DNA of 23,803 nucleotides from a virus (Duplodnaviria; Heunggongvirae; Uroviricota; Caudoviricetes): IMG/VR virus record IMGVR_UViG_2534682161_000021, positions 1 to 23,803 of that record; one strand, 5' to 3'. Shown piece by piece: positions 16,906 to 23,803 of this stretch (position 1 is its first letter; each line of letters starts with the position of its first letter). The notes under the pieces were generated by a model. It saw only the letters and a program-made list of their open reading frames with translations, ran no database searches and was not told where the DNA came from. The position numbers and the translations under genes were made by a program.

Positions 16906-16997
16906 TTCACCCTCCTAAAACTAAGTATTTTTAGATTAAAGGATAATTTTTTTTAGGTCAATGCAATCTAAAATAATTTATATTCAATTCACGGGAG
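16906..16997. promoter_or_regulatory. immunity-switch intergenic region with repeated CTAAAA/TTTTAG half-sites (oR-like, divergent promoters)
   Basis: CTAAAACTAAGTATTTTTAG (16915-16934) and TTTTAGGTCAATGCAATCTAAAA (16951-16972) lie between the cro and cI starts. Confidence 0.5.
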
Positions 16998-17648
16998 ATG
17001 ATGATGGAAAGCCTTGGCATTAGGCTTAAGAGACTCAGAAAAGACAAGGGACTGACCCAAGTCGAACTGGGCAAGCTTTCTGGCGTAACAGGGGTAACTA
17101 TAGGGTACTGGGAGAAAGACCTAAACGAACCCGGTAGCAAAGCTCTTAGTAAATTAGCCCAAGCACTAGGAACTACTGAGTCCTATCTCCTATATGGAGT
17201 ATCGTCTACTGAACCTACCCTTGTGCAGAACAATTCAGGCACCCAAATCCCCTATCTTTCATGGGGGGAAGCAATTTCTTTCCTAATTTTAGAAGGAGAG
17301 AAAACTATGGGAAATGCCGACAGAATCACCACATTCTTTGACGTCAAGGAGGGGGATTTTGCCGTTTCAATGCCTGATGACACTATGCACAACCCATCAG
17401 GGTCGCCAAGCATTCCGGTTGGTGCCACAGTGATCATGAGGCCTAGAGAAAAATATAAAAATGGTAGTATCGTCGCTGTAATAGTCCCAGATCCGCTTAC
17501 AAACGAACCATCTATGACTATAAAAAAATTAGTCATCGACGGAAAACTCGTGTATTTAAGCCCCCTCAATCCTCGCTATCAATCGTCCTTACTGACACCT
17601 GAATGTAAAATTGTTGCTGTAGCAAAAGGTGTGCAGTTCAGCCTATAG
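16998..17648 (+). CDS. lambda-cI-type repressor (HTH XRE N-terminus, S24 LexA-like autopeptidase C-terminus)
   Basis: HTH LTQVELGKLSGVTGVTIGYWE; C-terminus AVSMPDDTM and KKLVIDGKLVYLSPLNPRYQ...KIVAVAKG closely resembles lambda cI. The best RBS (GGGAG) favours the ATG at 17004. Confidence 0.85.
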   Translation: MMMESLGIRLKRLRKDKGLTQVELGKLSGVTGVTIGYWEKDLNEPGSKALSKLAQALGTTESYLLYGVSSTEPTLVQNNSGTQIPYLSWGEAISFLILEGEKTMGNADRITTFFDVKEGDFAVSMPDDTMHNPSGSPSIPVGATVIMRPREKYKNGSIVAVIVPDPLTNEPSMTIKKLVIDGKLVYLSPLNPRYQSSLLTPECKIVAVAKGVQFSL

Positions 17649-17671
17649 CTTCCACTTTGTTTTTCAATCAG

Positions 17672-17696
17672 AGGTCGGCTTTGTCGACCTTTTTTT
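17672..17696 (+). terminator. rho-independent terminator after the repressor gene
   Basis: AGGTCG-gctttgt-CGACCT followed by TTTTTT. Confidence 0.55.
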
Positions 17697-17718
17697 AAAT
17701 ATATCTAGATCGCGCTTG

Positions 17719-17750
17719 ACTATAAAACTAAATAGATTTAGTTTTATAGT
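17719..17750. promoter_or_regulatory. perfect 15-bp-arm palindrome ACTATAAAACTAAAT-ag-ATTTAGTTTTATAGT (oL-like operator)
   Basis: Direct reading; shares the AAAACTAA/TTAGTTTT core with the cro-cI intergenic half-sites; TTGACT -35-like hexamer at 17716-17721. Confidence 0.5.
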
Positions 17751-17917
17751 ATACCACCCCGCCCCACAGAACGCAGGGCAATACTTCGAGTTACCAGGCA
17801 GTGGTCAGGGGTTAAGTAGCCAGCCCGAGGCGTAAGAACATGACGGCAGGGTTCAACTTTAACTATGCAGCAGGTTTTTGTTCCGCCACCCCGGCGTTAA
17901 GGGGAAATGAGGTCAGC

Positions 17918-18070
17918 ATGGATACTATCGATCTTGGCAACAGCGAATCTCTGGTATGTGGCGTGTTCCCCAACCAGGACGGTACGTTCACCGCGATGAC
18001 ATATACCAAAAGCAAAACGTTTAAAACCGAAACTGGCGCGCATCGCTGGTTAGCCAGAAACACTGACTGA
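17918..18070 (+). CDS. ydfA: YdfA/YdaF-like small protein (50 aa)
   Basis: GAGG RBS; MDTIDLGNSESLVCGVFPNQDGTFTAMTYTKSKTFKTETGAHRW matches the recalled Qin YdfA / Rac YdaF. Confidence 0.5.
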   Translation: MDTIDLGNSESLVCGVFPNQDGTFTAMTYTKSKTFKTETGAHRWLARNTD

Positions 18071-18081
18071 TGAGGTTGACT

Positions 18082-18471
18082 ATGGAATTTAAAGAGTTAC
18101 CAAAAGAAATCCAAGAAATTGCAGCACATACACTTCGTCAACGTCTGAACGAAGTTGCATTAGAAGCTGAAACGAAAAAAGACATTGATAATATGGCTCG
18201 TAATGTGCGCGATGCGTTTACCGGACTGTATTCTGTTTCTGTTGAGGACAATAACATTCCTGACGAACAGGAAGAGAGTACAGACCCCCACAAATTCTGG
18301 AAATCTGTAGAGGCCATTGCAAAAGCCAAACTACTGGAACTTAACAACTTATATCATCGTGAGAATGATGGTCGTCAATCTTTGCATCATCAGGGAGTCG
18401 CCACCCTGATAGCTCTAACGAAAGAGCAAGGCGAATATCATCCAGTGGCATTAAACGACACTGTGAAATAG
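18082..18471 (+). CDS. hypothetical protein (129 aa) at the ydfB-ydfC position
   Basis: ATG at 18082 after GAGG; acidic helical protein; synteny with the dicB operon. Confidence 0.45.
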   Translation: MEFKELPKEIQEIAAHTLRQRLNEVALEAETKKDIDNMARNVRDAFTGLYSVSVEDNNIPDEQEESTDPHKFWKSVEAIAKAKLLELNNLYHRENDGRQSLHHQGVATLIALTKEQGEYHPVALNDTVK

Positions 18472-18982
18472 TCCATCCATGTTTACGGGATAGATAAAGA
18501 TATATCGCTTCGAAACCATCGACATGGTTTGGATAGCCTTCCTCAGCAGCAAGGTTATCCCCAAAACATTCAAGAATATAATTTAAACGCGCTGTTTAAT
18601 AATGAATCTTCCAGCGAGTCTAATTTAGTTTGCTGACCATTTTAATTTTATCCTCCATTGAGGTTACTGGTTGAGAATGGAGACCACACGTGACAGCGCG
18701 TGGTCGTGCGCCGGACACGGATAAGAATCCGGCACAAACAGTTTACTGAAAGGATATATCCCTGAAAAGTCAGGGCATAACGCGAAAGCGCACGGCGAAG
18801 TCATTCCTCCCTTTGTTGTGTACCACTGACATCTTCGTCTGTGCGCTTCCGGTTGTGGCAATCCGCGAAATGGCGCGGCGGTAAGTATGGCGGGGTTATT
18901 CCTTCCCCGTTGAGGACACCGGGTTGTCAGGTTGACCATACGCTTAAGTGGCAACCCCGCTGCAACGCCCTCTGTTATCAAT

Positions 18983-19035
18983 TTTCTGGTGACGTTTGGC
19001 GGTATCAGTTTTACTCCGTGACTGCTCTGCCGCCC
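18983..19035 (+). ncRNA. dicF: DicF small RNA (ftsZ-targeting, Hfq-dependent)
   Basis: TTTCTGGTGACGTTTGGCGGTATCAGTTTTACTCCGTGACTGCTCTGCCGCCC followed by TTTTT matches the recalled 53-nt DicF; about 190 bp upstream of dicB. Confidence 0.7.
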
Positions 19036-19223
19036 TTTTTAAAGTGAATTTTGTGATGCGGTGAATGCGGCTAAGCGCACGCGGAACAGTTAAAAAGGCC
19101 AGTTGACTTCCGTATTGGTTCTTATGGGTGGGTTCTCTGTATCCGGCGTTAATTGTTAACTGGTTAACGTCACCTGGAGGCACCAGGCACCGTATCACAA
19201 AATTCATTGTTGAGGACGCGATA

Positions 19224-19412
19224 ATGGAAACGTTATTACCAAACGTTAATACGTCTGAAGGTTGTTTTGAAATTGGTGTCAGAATCAGTAACCCTGTATT
19301 TACTGAAGATGCCATTAATAAGAGAAAACACGAACGGGAGCTATTAAATCAAATATGCATTGTATCAATGCTGGCCCGTTTACGTCTGATGCAAAAAGGA
19401 TACTGGCAATGA
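19224..19412 (+). CDS. dicB: cell-division inhibitor DicB
   Basis: GAGGA RBS; METLLPNVNTSEGCFEIGVRISNPVFTEDAINKRKHERELLNQICIVSMLARLRLMQKGYWQ, 62 aa, near-identical to recalled DicB. Confidence 0.8.
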   Translation: METLLPNVNTSEGCFEIGVRISNPVFTEDAINKRKHERELLNQICIVSMLARLRLMQKGYWQ

Positions 19413-19612
19413 ATACAGCATTTGCACTCGTTCTGACGGTTTTTCTTAATACGGGCGAGCCAGTTGATCTTGTTATTGGTATACATGACTCAATGAAAGA
19501 ATGCATGGCTGCCGCAGCGGAACAGAAAATTCCCGGCAACTGTTATCCGGTTGAGAAAGTTATTCGCATGGACAATAACGAAATCCCGGCAGGACTTAAA
19601 ACAGCACCGTAA
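19409..19612 (+). CDS. ydfD: YdfD-like small protein with hydrophobic N-terminus
   Basis: ATGA overlap with the dicB stop; MNTAFALVLTVFLNTGEPVDL...; position as in Qin. Confidence 0.5.
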   Translation: MNTAFALVLTVFLNTGEPVDLVIGIHDSMKECMAAAAEQKIPGNCYPVEKVIRMDNNEIPAGLKTAP

Positions 19613-19692
19613 TTAATATCCGGTTTCATTTTTATATGCCAGCAATGGCAGGGATTTGTTCACCCTTAAATCTGTAATGAGGTTAAAACAAA

Positions 19693-22164
19693 ATGAGTAA
19701 AGTCTTTATTTGCGCCGCCATTCCGGACGAACAGGCAATAAAGGAAGAAGGTGCAGTCGCTGTAGCCACTGCCATTGAAGCCGGCGACGAACGTCGCGCC
19801 CGAGCCAAATTTACCTGGCAATTCCTGGAGCAATATCCGGCTGCTCAGGACTGCGCTTATAAATTTCTTGTCTGCGAGGATAAACCCGGCATGCCCCGCC
19901 CTGCCATCGACTCCTGGGATACCGAATATATGCTGGAAAACCGCTGGGATGAGGAAGGCGCTTCCTTTGTCCCGGTCGAACCAGAATCCGATCCGATGAA
20001 CGTCAATTTTGACAAGCTGTCCCCTGAAGTACAGAACGCGGTCCTGGTTAAGTTCGACACATGTGAAAACATCACCGTTGATATGGTTATTAGCGCACAG
20101 GAATTGTTGCAGGAAGACATGGCAACATTCGACGGACATATCGTTGAAGCGTTGATGAAAATGCCAGAAGTTAACGCCATGTATCCGGAGCTTAAGTTGC
20201 ACGCCATTGGGTGGGTTAAGCATAAATGTATTCCTGGTGCTAAATGGCCCGAAATTCAGGCAGAGATGCGCATCTGGAAAAAACGTCGCGAAGGTGAACG
20301 CAAGGAAACCGGAAAATACACGTCTGTTGTTGATCTCGCCCGCGCCAGAGCCAATCAACAGTACACTGACAATTCAACAGGAAAAATCAGCCCGGTCATT
20401 GCTGCCACTCATCGCGAATACAAGCAGACATGGAAAACACTGGATGACGAACTGGCCTACGCTCTCTGGCCTGGTGATGTGGATGCCGGAAACATTGACG
20501 GCAGCATCCATCGCTGGGCAAAAAATGAAGTTATCGACAACGACCGCGAAGACTGGAAGCGTATCTCGGCATCAATGCGCAAACAGCCTGATGCCCTTCG
20601 CTACGACCGCCAGACTATTTTTGGCCTTGTCCGTGAACGTCCGATCGACATTCACAAAGACCCTGTGACACTGAACAAATACATTACTGAATACCTGACT
20701 ACAAAGGGCGTGTTTGAAGATGAAGGAAGAAATCAGAGCGCAACTGATACTCTCTCGTCGCCAGTACCAGAAACTGATGCAGTGGAAACGGCAATTCCGG
20801 ACAACGAAAAAACCGAATGCAAAGTGGAAGTCGAACCATCTGTAGAGCGTGAGGGGCCGTTCTACTTCCTCTTCACCGACAAGGATGGCGAAAAATATGG
20901 TCGCGCAAACAAACTTTCTGGTCTGAATAAGGCGCTGACTGCAGGGGCTACTGAAATCACGAAAGAAGAATATTTTGCCCGTAAAAACGGTACATACTCA
21001 GGTTCACAACAAAATACTGGTGCATCTGACACGACCGCACAACCAGAGCCGGTAAAAGTTACCGCTGACGAAGTAAACAAAATTATGCAGGCAGCCAATA
21101 TCAGCCAGCCTGACGCCGATAAGTTGCTTGCTGTATCACGTGGTGAATTTGTTGCAGGGATTAGCGACCCGAATGATCCGAAATGGGTGAAGGGGATTGA
21201 AACCCGCGATTCAGTGAATCAGAACCAGCAAGAAACGGAACAGAACGACCAGAAAGCAGAACAAAACAGCCCAAATGCGTTACAAAACGAGCCAGAAACG
21301 AAACAACCTGAGCCAGTAGCGCAACAGGAAGCGGAAAAAGTCTGCACCGCATGCGGTCAGACCGGCGGCGGCAACTGCCCTGATTGTGGTGCGGTGATGG
21401 GCGACGCAACATACCAAGAAACATTCGATGAAGAGAATCAGGTTGAAGTTCAGGAAAATGATCCGGAGGAAATGGAAGGCGCTGAACATCCACACAAGGA
21501 GAATGCTGGCAGCGCTCAGGACCACGCCAGCAATAATGAAACTGGCGAGACGGCAGATCCCTTAATTGCGGTGAACGGTCATCACGTTATCACATCCACC
21601 AGCAGGACGTGTGACCATCTAATGATCGACCTTGAAACCATGGGAAAAAATCCTGATGCCCCGATTATCTCAATAGGTGCAATATTTTTCGATCCGCAAA
21701 CCGGAGATATGGGACCGGAATTTAGTAAGACTATCGATCTGGAAACTGCTGGCGGAGTCATTGATCGGGACACCATTAAATGGTGGCTTAAGCAATCACG
21801 CGAAGCGCAATCTGCCATTATGACCGATGAAATCCCGTTAGATGATGCACTGTTACAATTGCGGGAATTTATCGACGAAAACTCCGGTGAATTTTTTGTT
21901 CAGGTCTGGGGAAATGGAGCCAACTTCGACAACACGATTTTGCGCCGTTCATACGAACGGCAGGGGATCCCCTGCCCGTGGCGTTACTACAACGATCGCG
22001 ATGTACGCACAATCGTTGAGCTGGGGAAAGCCATAGACTTCGATGCCAGAACGGCTATTCCATTCGAAGGTGAGCGCCATAATGCACTTGATGACGCCCG
22101 TTACCAGGCAAAATACGTTTCAGTTATCTGGCAAAAACTGATCCCGAGTCAGGCTGATTCTTAA
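19693..22164 (+). CDS. RecE-like (exonuclease VIII-like) protein with C-terminal DEDDh 3'-5' exonuclease domain
   Basis: Central segment LLAVSRGEFVAGISDPNDPKWVKGIETRD matches recalled RecE; Cys4 knuckle CTACGQTGGGNCPDCG; C-terminus has DnaQ-like motifs MIDLETMG, GNGANFDNTIL and HNALDDARYQA. Confidence 0.8.
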   Translation: MSKVFICAAIPDEQAIKEEGAVAVATAIEAGDERRARAKFTWQFLEQYPAAQDCAYKFLVCEDKPGMPRPAIDSWDTEYMLENRWDEEGASFVPVEPESDPMNVNFDKLSPEVQNAVLVKFDTCENITVDMVISAQELLQEDMATFDGHIVEALMKMPEVNAMYPELKLHAIGWVKHKCIPGAKWPEIQAEMRIWKKRREGERKETGKYTSVVDLARARANQQYTDNSTGKISPVIAATHREYKQTWKTLDDELAYALWPGDVDAGNIDGSIHRWAKNEVIDNDREDWKRISASMRKQPDALRYDRQTIFGLVRERPIDIHKDPVTLNKYITEYLTTKGVFEDEGRNQSATDTLSSPVPETDAVETAIPDNEKTECKVEVEPSVEREGPFYFLFTDKDGEKYGRANKLSGLNKALTAGATEITKEEYFARKNGTYSGSQQNTGASDTTAQPEPVKVTADEVNKIMQAANISQPDADKLLAVSRGEFVAGISDPNDPKWVKGIETRDSVNQNQQETEQNDQKAEQNSPNALQNEPETKQPEPVAQQEAEKVCTACGQTGGGNCPDCGAVMGDATYQETFDEENQVEVQENDPEEMEGAEHPHKENAGSAQDHASNNETGETADPLIAVNGHHVITSTSRTCDHLMIDLETMGKNPDAPIISIGAIFFDPQTGDMGPEFSKTIDLETAGGVIDRDTIKWWLKQSREAQSAIMTDEIPLDDALLQLREFIDENSGEFFVQVWGNGANFDNTILRRSYERQGIPCPWRYYNDRDVRTIVELGKAIDFDARTAIPFEGERHNALDDARYQAKYVSVIWQKLIPSQADS

Positions 22165-22175
22165 TGTTCAACTGT

Positions 22176-22207
22176 CGCCGGTTGTGACTGGTATTCTGCA
22201 ACCGGCG
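22176..22207 (+). other. perfect 9-bp stem-loop between the exonuclease and xis
   Basis: CGCCGGTTG-(14 nt)-CAACCGGCG; no U-tract follows. Confidence 0.3.
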
Positions 22208-22236
22208 CTCGTCTGATGTAAGAGATAAAGAAATCG

Positions 22237-22488
22237 ATGAGCGAAGTAATCATGATTGTCTCTCCCGGCAAATGGGTATCCGAAGAGCAGTTAATTGCGC
22301 TGAAAGGAATAAAAAAAGGTACGTTAAAAAAGGCCCGGGAAAAATCGTTTATGGAAGGAAGGGAATATAAGCATGTCGCTCATGACGGTATGCCATGGGA
22401 TAACAGTCCATGCTTTTACAACCTGGAAGAAATTGATCGCTGGATTGAGCGCCAGGCATCAGCGAGACCAAGACGTCATCTTACTTGA
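22237..22488 (+). CDS. xis: excisionase-like protein (Xis)
   Basis: Small basic protein directly upstream of the integrase; resembles lambdoid Xis-type proteins from memory. Confidence 0.55.
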   Translation: MSEVIMIVSPGKWVSEEQLIALKGIKKGTLKKAREKSFMEGREYKHVAHDGMPWDNSPCFYNLEEIDRWIERQASARPRRHLT

Positions 22489-22507
22489 CTAAAAGCCACA
22501 CTAACTA

Positions 22508-23803
22508 ATGAGAGAAGTTGAAATGAAATATCCGACAGGCGTGGAAAACCATGGAGGGAAATTACGTATCTGGTTTGTTTATAAAGGCGTAAGAGTCAGG
22601 GAAAATCTGGGGGTTCCTGACACAGCAAAAAACAGGCGCGTTGCAGGTGAACTACGCTCCTCTGTTTGTTACGCAATAAAAACTGGTGTTTTCGACTATG
22701 CAAAACAGTTTCCCTCCTCACGCAATCTGGAAAAATTTGGTGAGGCCCGACAAGATTTAACCATAAAAGAACTGGCTGAAAAATTTCTGGCACTGAAAGA
22801 AACTGAAGTCGCCAAAGCATCACTCAACACATACCGTGCCGTCATCAAAAATATCCTGAGCATAATCGGTGAAAAAAATCTTGCCTCATCGATTAATAAA
22901 GAAAAATTACTGGAGGTTCGTAAAGAGCTACTGACTGGATACCAGATCCCCAAAAGTAACTATATTGTTACACAACCAGGGAGATCGGCTGTAACTGTAA
23001 ATAATTACATGACAAATCTTAACGCCGTGTTCCAGTTTGGTGTTGATAACGGTTACCTGGCAGATAATCCGTTTAAGGGGATCTCGCCATTAAAGGAATC
23101 AAGAACCATTCCTGATCCTCTTTCACGGGAGGAATTTATCCGTCTTATCGACGCCTGCAGAAATCAGCAGGCCAAAAATTTATGGTGTGTTTCTGTTTAT
23201 ACAGGCATTCGCCCTGGTGAACTGTGTGCGCTTGGGTGGGAGGACATAGATCTGAAAAATGGAACAATGATGATCAGGAGAAATTTAGCAAAAGATCGTT
23301 TTACGGTACCGAAAACACAGGCTGGTACCAATCGGGTAATTCACCTTATCAAGCCTGCAATCGACGCTCTCAGGAGTCAGATGACACTAACGAGGCTGAG
23401 CAAAGAACATATTATTGACGTTCACCTCAGAGAGTTCGGCAGAACAGAAAAACAAAAATGCACCTTTGTTTTTCAACCTGAAGTGTCAGCGAGAGTAAAA
23501 AATTATGGTGACCATTTTACCGTTGACTCAATAAGGCAGATGTGGGACGCAGCGATAAAGCGCGCTGGCCTCCGCCACCGCAAATCATATCAGTCGAGAC
23601 ATACTTATGCCTGCTGGTCGTTGACAGCCGGTGCCAACCCGGCATTCATAGCAAACCAGATGGGACATGCAGATGCGCAAATGGTGTTTCAGGTATACGG
23701 GAAATGGATGTCTGAAAACAATAATGCACAGGTAGCCCTGTTAAATACACAGCTAAGCGAGTTTGCCCCAACCATGCCCCAAAACGAGGTGGTGAAAAAT
23801 TAA
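22508..23803 (+). CDS. int: tyrosine site-specific integrase
   Basis: MKYPTGVENHGGKLRIW... N-terminus as in recalled IntS-type integrases; C-terminal catalytic region (SRHTYACWSLTAGANPAFIANQMGHADAQMVFQVYGKW). Probable start is the ATG at 22526; the stop coincides with the window end. Confidence 0.9.
   Translation: MREVEMKYPTGVENHGGKLRIWFVYKGVRVRENLGVPDTAKNRRVAGELRSSVCYAIKTGVFDYAKQFPSSRNLEKFGEARQDLTIKELAEKFLALKETEVAKASLNTYRAVIKNILSIIGEKNLASSINKEKLLEVRKELLTGYQIPKSNYIVTQPGRSAVTVNNYMTNLNAVFQFGVDNGYLADNPFKGISPLKESRTIPDPLSREEFIRLIDACRNQQAKNLWCVSVYTGIRPGELCALGWEDIDLKNGTMMIRRNLAKDRFTVPKTQAGTNRVIHLIKPAIDALRSQMTLTRLSKEHIIDVHLREFGRTEKQKCTFVFQPEVSARVKNYGDHFTVDSIRQMWDAAIKRAGLRHRKSYQSRHTYACWSLTAGANPAFIANQMGHADAQMVFQVYGKWMSENNNAQVALLNTQLSEFAPTMPQNEVVKN

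Noticed and set aside
17649-17917. Search for an N-like antiterminator or nut site after the repressor
   Set aside because: No small Arg-rich ORF or boxA/boxB-like element was recognised; the track's 76-aa ORF start at 17840 is an upstream extension of the ydfA-like gene.
19666-20358. Minus-strand ORFs of 230 and 116 aa
   Set aside because: Antisense within the RecE-like exonuclease gene, whose plus-strand frame is long, motif-bearing and syntenic.
1-23803. CRISPR arrays, tRNA/rRNA genes, attachment site
   Set aside because: No regularly spaced direct repeats, no tRNA-like T-loop or acceptor features, and no rRNA-like sequence were seen. The integrase ends exactly at the window edge, so attL/attR cannot be assessed.

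Overview
This window reads as a lambdoid (Qin/Rac-like) prophage segment from an E. coli-type genome. All calls come from reading the sequence and the supplied ORF track by eye; no database search or computation was run, so family assignments rest on recognised motifs and recalled sequences. Left to right: the terminal ~548 bp of an IS21-family element (istA 5' part, minus strand) abuts the phage lysis cassette, which suggests the structural genes were lost. The minus-strand 'rightward' operon then runs from the immunity switch at ~16.9 kb down to lysis: cro-like, CII/YdaT-like, an O-like initiator with in-gene iterons, an AT-rich islet, a complete IS2 with 5-bp target duplication, an extended hok toxin, rem-like, ydfU-like, rusA, Q-like, a late promoter and terminator, a moron cluster (membrane protein, small ORF, DNA methyltransferase, TerB-like protein), two holin-like proteins and a GH108 endolysin. 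The plus-strand 'leftward' operon carries a lambda-cI-type repressor, ydfA-like and ydfBC-like ORFs, the dicF sRNA, dicB, ydfD-like, an 823-aa RecE-like exonuclease with a DEDDh domain, excisionase and tyrosine integrase (ends at the window edge; att site not in window). The best candidates for an undescribed system are a plus-strand module with a zeta-toxin-like kinase (11189-12980) and an AT-rich islet whose ~288-codon frame is split by one in-frame TAG (13476-14342).
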